Assembly: GCA_000934665.2 (NCBI GenBank)
Contig: KZ538869.1
Span: 1 to 43,564 of the forward strand
Origin: Catajapyx aquilonaris
Lineage: Eukaryota
DNA: 43,564 bases
Reading direction: 5' to 3'
Shown: positions 33,701 to 43,564 of the stretch, one piece after another
Position numbering within the stretch: position 1 is the first letter of the stretch
Layout: every line of letters starts with the position of its first letter
Made by a program: the position numbers and the translations under genes
Notes under the pieces: generated by a model
Told to the model about the DNA's origin: nothing
Database searches by the model: none
The model's input: the letters and a program-made list of their open reading frames with translations, nothing else

Positions 33701-36700
33701 AGGGGTGGGTTTGGCCCGGAAATAAGTAAAGCGCTGCATCAGACTGGCTGGAATGGGCGCGAGAAATTGAATGCAGTGCTCGGCTCAAGCCATTCTACCA
33801 CCCCCCATCTAACCCCCACCCTAGCACCAAGCCCACCCCCCTCCTTTTCCTGTTGCAATATCCAAGGCGACGCCGTAAATGGCCGGACACCTTCCGCCTT
33901 TGCACTACGACACTCAAAGCTCTTTCCTAAATCATTTCCCCGTTGTAAAAAGTGCGTGTAGCCTTCTACACGACGTGGTGCCTTTGTCCGGTTTACAATC
34001 TCGAATCTGCGGAGATGCCTCATAAACGGTGTGTTTTGCTAGACAAGCTGTATTGTACTAACAACATTACGGATACTTTCGGATGGGGGTCGAATGGGGC
34101 AAAAAGATGGGTTTGAAGGAATGATTTGCTTGTGAGTCTGTCGGTTCATATGAGTGTCATTGGGGTCGTTGTCTTTAGGATCCACCAATCAGCGTGGGCC
34201 ATTATAGCGGTCCTTGCCCTTTTCCACCACATCCCTTATCCAGGCATAACTGCCACATCATGCAACAAGAATGTGCGTTGATTAGTGAATCCTAGCCACA
34301 ACGATCCATACCATGTCATATCTCAACTTGGCTGTTGACAAGACAAGGACATGACGTGAGTGAATACTATTTAGGAGTATGACATATCATTTTAGTGCCA
34401 TTCCTCCATAATTTGTAGCAAGTGTCTGAGCAAGAGCGCATAAAGAGTGAGTTGGGTCACTCTGCACTCGGCACATGTCAGAACTTCCTTATAGTTTTAT
34501 GCTGTTTATCCTAGGCTACTGGCATATCCGTGACTAGATGTCTTCGAATCGCATAAAACCCCCATGAAGCTCACTGATTGATTTACAGTAACCATACCCC
34601 TTTCCCTTTGTTATCGGGCTATACATGTCATGCATGTCCCTAATTTACTGCGTCGCATGATGACCTACATTTCATGCTTATGTGCCGGGTAATTACGGAG
34701 TAACCCTCTCAGTGTATTAGCTTTAAGCATTGTGCAGCATGACAAACTCCATTTGTTGCTCCCGTGAATTCGTGGTTGTTGCTGTGCGGCTTGGGGCAAA
34801 AAAAAGGCTAACTTTGTGAGCTTTTCCCGGGACTAGATTTATGGGGGACAAAAAAGGACGCATGGATGATTATGACAACGGAATTCAAGGCAGCTCCTAA
34901 TCATTTTACAAATATGTCAGTTATTTTCAGTCTCTCATTTAAAAAAAAAAGCCATCTGCTTGGTGGTTTGCATCACGCGTTGTACAGGGGTTTCAAAATC
35001 GCATTAGTCAAAAAATCCCCGACGGATGAGAATCCCTGAGAGCAATGATCAGCTTATAAATTTTGGGGTAGAGTCGTGTCTGTGGTATTGCAGGCCAACT
35101 ATCCCCTAAATCCCAGTCCGGGCAATGGCATATCCCATGCCGCAGCTTCAGCGATGCCGTAGCGTGCTTCACCTGAAATCGTCCAATTTGCATGCTAAAG
35201 TTGAGGCACCTCGGTTCACTTTTCTGCTGGAACGGCCCCCGATTGTTATTAAGACCAGAAGTCAGATAGTCGAGTTACAGCCAATTTCTCATCGCATTCA
35301 TAATCGCAAGCGAGCCCCGGCTGTAAAAATCGGATTGTCAATTTTTTGTGGGGGTCTGACCTGATTGAAGTTTATTGAGACGGCAGTTGATATTAGCAAG
35401 ACCGGCGCTAATGAATGGTGCGGGGAACGGCTAATGAAGTCTGGTGAATAATAACAAGGACTTACCGTATGGGCAGAGGCATTGGAAGGTGCTGTCTTCG
35501 TGCCCCTGCGATATGTCCAGACATATCCCAGAATTCTGGCAAGGGTTCATGTAGCAGGCGTCTTTCTCTTCACAGTGGCTGCCGATGTAGCCCTCGCAAC
35601 ACTGGCATTCAAAGGTTTCCTGGAACGAAACGCAATTGAAGTTTGCCAGGTTCTGCAATGTTGATAAGTGGTTGGCAAGGTAACGAGAAGCCCCATCAGG
35701 TACGCGATTGAAAATGATACCTGCAGCTACCTTCAAAATGCCAATTTTGTTACTAAGCCCCTTGTAGCAGTGGCACACTCGGGTATATATGGTATATGCT
35801 TGCAACTCCTTTGATGCTCCTGGGAGCCCCAATAATTGCTTCCCTACTGTTGCAACTCGCCTGGTTGTGATCTCTATTGAAAGCATTGGACATAAATTGT
35901 GCATGGGAAACCCCAGATGAGACATCAGTCAGGGCAGGTCCTGGCTCATTTGTGAAAAAAAGGGAGCTGATTTTATATATAAACGTTTTGATCCTGCCGA
36001 GCGAATAAAAATTGTCAAAGAGCCTGGGAGAGCAATTACCTGGAATAATCATGGTGATATTTGAATTAGGCACATGATATTTCCCCCGAGAGTTGCGGTA
36101 ACAGGTATAGCTGGCATTCAGTGACCTCTCAATTACTCTCATTGTTTATGCATTGTGAAATCCCACATAACATGAATTTCCCATGTTATATTTATTTGGG
36201 CCCGCTTGCGCAAAATGGTTTGAATCGGTGGATGGGAGTGCAAATCGTAAACGACAGAAATTGAGCCGGCACGAATTCCTCGCTGGAAACCTTGCCATAA
36301 ATTATTCCGTAAAGCAGAGCTCAAGTGAGAAATTGGAACGATCTCAACCATATGGCACCTGATCCCCTGAGCTTCAAAAATATCGCATTGATGCTAAGGT
36401 CGCGACGACCCGGAGCTCTCCCGAGAATAAGGCTTGGGATAGATCGTTCGATCAAGAATAATCGAAAATAACACCCTAACTTTTAAATTACAATTCAGCT
36501 GGAAACAATATAAATACTCAAATTATTATTATTCTCCATAAGGTTAATTATAGGTAAAGTGCAGTGTCGATGTCCAAAATCGCAATGACGTTTTGCCTAT
36601 GTTGACTTTAAGAATACTTGTAATGTGTGGTTATAGAATCATCATAATGTGAGTAACTTGATGCATTGTATAAAAAAATGCACGAGCTCAAAATAAAGTT

Positions 36701-39602
36701 CCGGGGAAGTGAACCTTCGAAAATTCAGAAAATTATCAGGTTTATATGGAACCCATTTATAGTTTCATTTTATTTTCTGCCACTGACATGGAAACGTAAC
36801 GATGCATAAATTACTATCCTCGTAGTACCTTCTCGGCCCCATTACGCACCAGTAACTTTATTATACTGTATATAAAAATTCGACTCCCAAATTAACCACT
36901 ATACATTTATAATAATATTATAATAATAATATGTTTGTTATCTCACCCTGGGCCAATTATCCGTGTGGGCGGGGGATCCTCCCTTTACAGTATCCAAAAT
37001 AATGTCACAAAATTTGAGTTTTACACTTAAATTAACCACTACATTGAAACATTAGCATGATATATAAAATACGGCCCTAAACCTTCATTTTTTTGAGAAT
37101 AATTATTTTCAGAGGTTACATGAACATATTCTGTTTCACCAAGTTCCTTACACGATTACGATTTCAACACCACATTATCAAGATAACTCCAGCAAATATT
37201 CACCGATTTCCATACACATTTTCATCACCCTGACTGTCACACTATTGATCGCATGGAGCGGAAAATATTGCTTTAGGTTTACCCTACCCATTTACCAACC
37301 CGCGTAAAAAATTGTAATTTAAAACAACACATACAGAGAGTTTAGCTCTGGTCGATCTGCCCTAGAGTCACTCCCTAGCTAACAGCCCGGGTAGAGAGCA
37401 GTGGGTGGGCAGGCTGAAAAGTGGGTGGGAACCCTTCTGAAAAGTAGGCACGGCTCATTTCTCGACTATTATGCTCTTAATAAATGCCTCCTTTATGCTC
37501 CAGGATGGAGGGTGAAATGAAGCAGTCATACCGAGTCTTGGGCCTGGAGTAGTTTTAATCACCATACTGGGTCTTTTTAATCCGATGGAAATATGGCGAA
37601 AGACTCGGCCTATATCGTCAACTGCAATGTTCAGTTTTGCACTCAAGCCTTCGTTCAATATTCGTAATGGCTCACAATACGAGGAATGTTGGGTGGGAGT
37701 GCATGCACAGTATATGGGGGGCGCGTGTATAGGTTTTTAGGAGGGGGTAATTTCCATAAGCCGGCAGCGTGCCAAAGGATTTCTATGCGGCCGTCGATGG
37801 GTTTTTTTTTTTTGTGCCTTTCAAAAGATCGAACGGGGGGCTTTATGTTGCCTATTATGATTCGGTTGCGCTTCGGTATTACGGGGCGGCAAGAAGGCAC
37901 AAAAAGGCCTTTTTTCCTGTTTTCATGGCGGGCATGTTGAGTAGGAAAAGAGGTTGAGGATCGGAGCACAACCAAAAGCGTCAATGGGAGACACCGGCAA
38001 CACTGGTTTGCAAAAAATAAAATAAAAGAGGGGAGATTCTAGAGGGTGGAATACTGATGGCCCTAGAGGTTTCAGACAGACTCGAAGGACTGGCAGTTGC
38101 AAAGGCAAGCAAAACGTTTCCTACCATGGAGGTGTTGGAGTAGCAGATTCCTTTCCCGGAGCAGTCTTGCATGTCGCCGCAGTTCTCATATTTCATCGTC
38201 ACTTGAAGTTGGAAGCAGGAGTCGTCATCCTTGATTGTCACTAATTGGGAGGGAAAAAAAACAATTTAAATTTTTTGCCCCCAAAAAATCGTAATGTAAG
38301 GTGTGCAAAAATATACGGGTAATAATGAGGCTCATAGACATCCAGCGGGAACTGCAGTAATCTGGTTGAGGCTCCACATGTTGCGCAAATGGACAGCTGG
38401 TGGATCATGATTGCTTACTACGGTATTATCTCTAGCCGTAAGCAAATCCGCCAACAGGGCTGCTGTGTAATTCCGTCATTTGTTTCTTGTTCCGTCGGAC
38501 TATAAGCGGTGCATCATTTCCTGGTCTCGTGTTATGCGCTAATTATTGCATCCGTGCTTTGAATGCTCCGGAGGCGTTTTGTTCTTAAGTGAGCTGATTT
38601 GCAAAATAATGGTCGGTATTGGACGGTATATATACCCAGAAGTTGTGTAATGTGGCAAAATGGCCGTTTAAAATTCATTTTACGTGTGCAAATGTTTGAA
38701 ACTTCTTCCTGCTATAGCCACAGCGTGGCCGGAATAAGTGTCAACTTAAATGAAAATATCGCGTTTATTTACATAAAATAAGCGTGTTTATATAACCTGG
38801 CTTAAGACAAGCAACTGTACAAAAAAAAGTTCATAACTGGCTCCATTTCATACTCAGGTATTGTAATTTTATTTATGCTGAAACATACCCAATGCGCGTC
38901 TGTTCCATGCACAGACGTAATTTTGTTTACATAGTGGAAACATGAGTACTTTTGGATGATCGCATGACAACAAAGAGTGCCGACATGCCACACACTACAC
39001 ACAATGCATTTTTTTTGTACCATTCTCTGCATTTCAGGCGGGATTTTTAGACCAGAATTTTAAGCTATTATTTCCTAAATTTTTCAGGCGCTTGCCACGC
39101 ACTTGACACCATGCCACTACCTTTTGTGCGCCCAACTTGGACCCGATGATCGACAGCCCTCTTTGAAAATTCACGTCCAAGCGATAGTTTTTGACGCAGC
39201 CCCGCGTGACGTTATACTCTAAATATTTGAGCCGCACCGAAGTATTAAAAAAAAACTGGCCGCGTAATTTGATAATGATGTGCCATAATTTATATACCGC
39301 CAGGTTGCGAGTGTTGTCAATATTGGGTTGTCAAATATTGCTTCATGTGGTTTTGCCCCGATGCGAATTAAATTTGCTTCGGGATTCCACTGCGGACAGC
39401 ACTACCAGGCTCTTCTGGCAAAATCGAAAAGGGGGCGAAGATGGAATTGGGGCTGCATGGGGCCATTCTCATCTTTAGATCCGGCAAAATGGAGCAGGGT
39501 GTATTTCCCCTACCGCATATTCGACACTCCGTTCCATAGTGTTGGAAGAAGCCCTCTGAATCCAGGCCATTGGACTTTATTGGTCGTGACCGTTCAGGCA
39601 AT
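12601..39602 (-). CDS. wry: Multi-exon gene (5'-partial): single-pass EGF-repeat membrane protein, DNER-like / weary-like non-canonical Notch ligand; join(39514-39602,38125-38240,35466-35619,24781-25005,22973-23115,20886-21008,16879-16981,14366-14517,13485-13612,12601-12754)
   Basis: Ten exons assembled by hand, all with AG/GT boundaries and matching phases (intron phases 1,0,1,1,0,0,1,0,2). Total 1387 nt, giving ~461 aa plus TAA. Seven EGF repeats, TM segment VYIAAGTLACALIIVVLTVAAC, ~90-aa tail. The gene structure is well supported; the wry orthology is recalled from architecture only (moderate confidence). Confidence 0.85.
13485..13612 (-). CDS. wry: Exon: VAACHCRVHETYKKCMFRIPWRCENMSSCGRLHHDHEPVDLC(R), TM end and cytoplasmic juxtamembrane region
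   Basis: Acceptor ctctgcag|, donor AG|gtacgg; completes the TM helix, followed by Cys and basic residues. Confidence 0.85.
14366..14517 (-). CDS. wry: Exon: (D)QFVLEALPTLPAHRDTLDLQVPISIHLDHLHNVYIAAGTLACALIIVVLT, juxtamembrane stalk and TM helix
   Basis: Acceptor cttatttag|, donor ACG|gtaggt; hydrophobic TM stretch; phases match both neighbours. Confidence 0.9.
16879..16981 (-). CDS. wry: Exon: [34 protein letters not shown], EGF7
   Basis: Acceptor catcttcag|, donor G|gtatag. An alternative in-frame donor G|gtaggt would extend the exon to 16867. Confidence 0.92.
17020..17138. mobile_element. 119-bp palindromic MITE, copy 1
   Basis: TA-flanked; 40-bp perfect arms gtccaacaagaattgtcgcagcggcagcgcacgaactaca, 27-nt loop. 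Confidence 0.9.
20886..21008 (-). CDS. wry: Exon: IDLCHPDPCLPRRQCIDRGNNYSCECAPGYTGTDCSTPSRD, EGF6 (not in the ORF track)
   Basis: Translated by hand. Acceptor ttgcacag|, donor GAT|gtaagt; 123 nt, phase 0-0, six-Cys EGF. Confidence 0.93.
21693..21991 (-). mobile_element. tRNA-derived SINE family A, whole insertion with A-box deletion
   Basis: 17-bp TSD ttcttaaatcctatttc (21676-21692 and 21992-22008), A-rich tail, B-box, homology to 1-118. Confidence 0.85.
22973..23115 (-). CDS. wry: Exon: (G)[47 protein letters not shown], EGF4 end and EGF5
   Basis: Acceptor gctgcag|, donor AAG|gtatgg; EGF consensus. Confidence 0.95.
24781..25005 (-). CDS. wry: Exon: (G)YTGKTCEHATNPCDSSPCHNGATC...NVDECASSPCVHGICVDQEDGFQCFCQP(G), EGF2 end, EGF3, most of EGF4 (Ca-binding type)
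   Basis: Acceptor atgttcgcag|, donor G|gtaagt; 225 nt, phase 1-1. Confidence 0.95.
26050..26167. repeat. Degenerate ~40-bp tandem repeat, 3 units
   Basis: Conserved gccaagt and ctatagtctc blocks separated by variable ~12-14-nt segments. Confidence 0.65.
26192..26326. mobile_element. Hairpin MITE, 51-bp arms with a ~37-bp perfect core
   Basis: tatcgaggcaactaccagcgacatttttccgaagcggcagaagaaggaatc / gattccttcttctgccgcttcggaaaaatgtcgctggcggttgcctcgata. Confidence 0.8.
27655..27888. mobile_element. Tc1/mariner-type MITE (CAGGGTGTTCC-like ends)
   Basis: gggtgttccaagttcgcgggtagtttttagtt / aactaaaaatggcctacgaacctggaacaccc; ends resemble those of 40636-40733. Confidence 0.65.
31253..31276. repeat. 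(CTAA)6 microsatellite
   Basis: Read directly from the sequence. Confidence 0.9.
32937..33055. mobile_element. 119-bp palindromic MITE, copy 2 (opposite orientation)
   Basis: Reverse complement of 17020-17138 with one mismatch seen; TA-flanked. Confidence 0.9.
35466..35619 (-). CDS. wry: Exon: ETFECQCCEGYIGSHCEEKDACYMNPCQNSGICLDISQGHEDSTFQCLCPY(G), end of EGF1 and most of EGF2
   Basis: Acceptor tttcgttccag|, donor G|gtaagt; EGF consensus. Confidence 0.93.
38125..38240 (-). CDS. wry: Exon: (V)TIKDDDSCFQLQVTMKYENCGDMQDCSGKGICYSNTSM, first half of EGF1
   Basis: Acceptor tcccaattag|, donor ATG|gtagga; the Cys pattern continues in frame into the next exon. Confidence 0.85.
39514..39602 (-). CDS. 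wry: EGF/TM gene exon (most 5' exon found in window): LPERSRPIKSNGLDSEGFFQHYGTECRIC
   Basis: Strong acceptor ttttttttattcag| and donor G|gtaggg. The phase-1 end matches the phase-1 start of the 38240 exon (G+TG=V). No recognisable domain, so less certain. Confidence 0.65.
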
Positions 39603-40346
39603 CTGAATAAAAAAAACACTGACATGTGTAGTTTATACTGCAGGGGGGCTACACACATACATTATTATTTAGCTCATACTATGCCCTGTCACATTACACT
39701 TTGTGCACGTATCGGGTGACGTGCTAAATCTTTCAAGTATTGATTCACTATGGCCGTTACTGTTGAACATATGCACGGAAGTTAATTTTTCATTCAGCTC
39801 TCTAGAGTTATGAAGTACCGTTCAAAGGGTAGTTGCATGCAGCGGAAGGGAGTAATGCATTTACTCGGTGGAACAAAGGGTTTGGGCTGCAGATACGGGA
39901 ACATTGCAGTTTCAGGTAGTATGGGGGAAATTACAAGTTACTGGGTACTTTGCAGAGTGTGGTTCCACTGTGAAAAGAGGTCGGGAGCATGTTGGCTCAT
40001 TCTTAAGTCTCTGGGGTACACCTTACTCCACATTTAACTCATTTATGATGATTGGTGTATTTTGTGCCTTAAAATTAAGGTCTGCCACCTATTCCCGTGA
40101 TAATAAAACCATTGCAGAGTGGAATAGCCTTTCAGAGGGTCTAAGAGATCCGGCTTATATTATGCCCTAATTATTTTATTAAATTTTAACCATCTTACTA
40201 TAGTACGATACAAATCCTTCTGTTCATAGCGACAGTGAGAATGCTTGAGAATGTTTCACGATAACTGGTACGGCACTTGTCAATCTTTCTTGTCGGAGCA
40301 AGACTGTCTAAAACCTGCAAACATGTTTGGTACAATATTAAGGACC

Positions 40347-40446
40347 CTAGTCTGGTTACCCTGGGTAACATACCCTCTGGGTTATTACCATGGAAGAGCA
40401 TGTAAATAAACAAGTTACCCAAGCTATACCATGGTGACCAGACTAG
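40347..40446. mobile_element. 100-bp MITE-like element with ctagtctggt termini
   Basis: ctagtctggttaccctgg / ccatggtgaccagactag inverted ends (2 mismatches in 18). Confidence 0.6.
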
Positions 40447-40635
40447 AGGCCTAAAGGAACAGCAGGTGGGGTGAGCCTGACCTCCCCCCCCCCCCNCCCC
40501 CCCCCCCCCCCCCCATGCGACCACTATGATGGGCACTTTGCATGAACATAAATAATTGCTCTTATTGTAGCAGATCCATCATTTTTCTCGTTGTAGCTAC
40601 CTTGTATGCCCAACTGTTGTTTTTATTTTCATATA

Positions 40636-40733
40636 CAGGGTGTTCGTGTTCCAGATTCGTGGGTCACTTTTTGATAACTGCTATCGGGCGATATCAGTTA
40701 TCAAAAAGTGACCCACTAACCTGGAACACCCTG
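40636..40733. mobile_element. 98-bp fully palindromic Tc1/mariner-type MITE
   Basis: TA-cagggtgttc...gtgggtcactttttgataactg / cagttatcaaaaagtgacccac...gaacaccctg-TA. Confidence 0.85.
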
Positions 40734-41247
40734 TATACTACTGTACTTGCCCATCCTCAGTGTAGTTCGCCCACCCCCCAAAAATGGAGTGGTGGGGTAA
40801 TAAACAACATGTGATAAAAAATCACCGTTAAGATTATCTGGAGTTTAGAATAGATAATTATGAAGAGTAACAATGGAATTAGGCGGACACCAAAGTTGAA
40901 GTTGATTTGATAGTTAAAAATTGAAATAAATATGGTAACACCTTGGACTGTGAATTTCTGTGGGGTCTGGTAAAGATTGCTGCCACTACACGTTTATACG
41001 TTACTTATTACGACATTAATTTTCATAACGAACCTGAGGCACCACACAAACCCGAAGACAGCATTAAAATTAATTACAAAAAATCTACCACGGAATTTAA
41101 AAATGTCATGGCTCGCGGCCTTTTTCTGAAATTGCTACACTTTGGTGTACAGAATTTAACGGTGTTATTTATAAATAAATAAAAATGTGACGACATGGTT
41201 TATTTACACCTCAGTCCAATGTGCTACGATAAAAAAGGTGTCTAGTA

Positions 41248-41694
41248 CTATGGGGCTCAAATTGTTTTGACCACTTTATCCTGGTCTTGAAGCAACCCTT
41301 CTCACAGGCCCCACGGTGAGGAAGTGTTCTTGTCTTCAATAAGGTGTGGGGACGGAAACAGGTGTGTAACTGTAACTCTGGGGACGTTGACCAAATTGTG
41401 GGGACATTTTAGGTCCCCACAGGGCAAAACTGCTTCACACACGAGAATATTACCGTTACAGTAGGGACATGTCCCCACTATTTCGTTTTGCTCGGTTTCA
41501 CAAAAGTCCATTTCTCTCCAGCCTAGATTAGTTAGGGTAGGGTAGGTTAGGGTAGGTTAGGTTAGGTTACACACGCTTTGAAAAGTTGTCTTTTTTACGT
41601 CCCCACACCTTAGTGAAAACACGTTTGTGTATGTGTGTGTGAAGGGTTGCTTCAAGACCAGGATAAAGTGGCCAAAACAATTTGAGCCCCATAG
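41248..41694. mobile_element. TA-flanked MITE with ~54-bp TIRs, internal tggggac hairpins and a (TAGG/TTAGG)-like tract
   Basis: ctatggggctcaaattgttttg.ccactttatcctggtcttgaagcaacccttc at both ends (1 mismatch). Confidence 0.85.
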
Positions 41695-43564
41695 TACTTC
41701 TGTCACATAAGATTCTACAACTGAATTTTTGATATAACTTAAACTTATATAAAATGATAAAATGATTGTCATACTCCACTCACGGACCCCGTACCATGTT
41801 TTTGAGTTTCAGCCATTTACACAGCCGGTTAATCATGGTTACAGTGCTGTGAAACCATTTGGACTCATTCATTGGCAGATTACATAAACCTGACTCTTCC
41901 CATTAAAGCCAACCAATTCCTAAAATAAAATCCCAATAATGCCGGGTTTGTTTGACTCATTGTTACTGGCAGGAAATACAGAACCAGTACTGTACGAGGC
42001 GGTCCTGATAAGCTTAGTTAGAGCGAACCGTACGCTTGCTTGCACGACCTGTGCTCCCCACATCGATCGAATCCCTGTGCCTAAAAGCATAAACATCATT
42101 TGCCCTTTTTAGCGAGTCACAGACCTGCTCTTATTCCCTCCTAAACACACTCGCGGGCACAGGTAACGGAGCCCAGACACTGTATGACACTCTACCTACT
42201 CTGCCATTTTCCTCCAAGGAAACTATAGCCTTTCGACCCCTAGACTCCTTCCATTTTCTACCCAGCTTATCTGTTAATTAAATTCCGACCTGGGAGATCG
42301 AGCGGAAAGGAATTGTTTTCTGCCTTCTTTTCTTTTCCTCCCCATCCACCCTTAGCTACCCTCTTCCTTGGCTGGAGCTCTTTCTTTTCCTCACTGTAGT
42401 CCTCTACTACTCCTCTCCAGGTTCCGCTTAGAAAGCCATTAAAGAAGGTGGATAGGGGGAAAGGATTGTCGTGTTTGCCCCAGGGGACTGGAGGTGAATT
42501 TTCCCCTAGGAGCAGGCCAAGTGAAAAGCGATGTAAGAATAGGAGAAGATGTGATTTCGCTAGTTTTAGACCTGTCTAGAAGTAGGATGCATCACAGGTG
42601 TTTGTGTTACTGCTCGATTTGTAGTATTTAGTTGAGTAGGGGGGGGGGGGGNGGGGGGGGGGGTTTCAAGGCAATGGGGGGCTAATCGACATGACGTTCT
42701 CAGAAACCGGCCAGTGTTTTTGGAGGGGAATTATTTTGAGTAGTTTGTCTCTGTAACAGCGAAAAAAAAATACATTAACGCCATTATGACCAAGAATGAC
42801 ATTTTTGGATATTTGTGTCCGATTTATTATAAGAATAATTACGTGGAAACAGGTTATGTAAGATATTAGCCTATGTATATTTTTTACCTCAAATGTTCCA
42901 AAAATGCGTTCACGTGAAAATAAATCAAATATAGCTCAAAAAGCACATGACGGACTTGGTGATCTCGGTGCACCATTGGCATGCTGGTGTATAAAAACAC
43001 CTCAAAAACATAGCAAAGGCATTTGTTCTACTTAGTTAAAAATTCTCCCTCCATGGAATCATTGTAATACTGCAGGTCGTGAGCAATAAGAACGTGCCTA
43101 TAGCATCCGTATTACTTCCGTACCGGTACCAAATATGGATCAGAGTACTTGTATATCTTTGTGTATTCGCAATGCCGATGTCCCTTTGTTTTGTTGCATC
43201 CCCCTGGATATATTTATTCCTCGTGACAATTGAATCTGAGTAAGTCCTTGTTCATAAATTCCAGTAGTGCAAAAGGTTTATGATTTACGCACTGTATTTT
43301 TCCGGCAAGAAAAGCACCTTTGCCTTGACGCAAAGCCTAACAGCCCTCACTGACATTTACTCTACCTTAAGCCCTGTCGTGGTCTCGAATCTGCAGATAA
43401 CGTCACAGCTCATTAGGCTTATCAGTTACTTTCGTTAGTGCCACGTAACCACCCAAAAGTCAGAACTTCTCAGAGTCATGTCTGCGCTCTAGGCAATAGA
43501 ACAGACCATACATATGCCAATTTTCATAGTTGAAGTCCAGCCTTTTGCTCGTGCATACCCCCCC

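Noticed and set aside
25122..41779. Remaining ORF-track ORFs in introns (e.g. 25122-25364, 30597-31082, 33605-33961, 37455-37658)
   Set aside because: Random-like composition, often crossing homopolymers or MITEs, without splice or homology support.
43030..43235. Possible further upstream minus-strand exon of the EGF gene
   Set aside because: An open frame exists, but there is no convincing polypyrimidine tract, no phase-2 donor identified and no domain similarity.

Overview
Eukaryotic genomic DNA, most likely arthropod/insect, that is intron-rich and dense in transposons. The main feature is the 3' part of a minus-strand gene. Ten exons (39602->12601) join through GT-AG sites with fully consistent phases into about 461 aa: seven Notch-type EGF repeats, one transmembrane helix and a short cytoplasmic tail ending ...DLYYTLDFSDSQNAPLIQ*. 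It resembles the insect DNER-like/weary (wry) non-canonical Notch-ligand family; the N-terminus appears to lie beyond the right edge of the window. A probable terminal exon of a convergent plus-strand gene ends at 7470. Directly after it sits an inverted pair of ~470-bp piggyBac-type MITEs whose inner ~305 bp are identical. The rest is a dense, partly nested TE landscape: a mariner inside the TIR of a Tc4/Tc5-like element, a Tigger remnant, two tRNA-derived SINE families (clear TSDs on the two complete copies) and many palindromic MITEs. No prokaryotic-type system (CRISPR etc.) is evident. All protein-family calls come from recalled motifs, not database searches.
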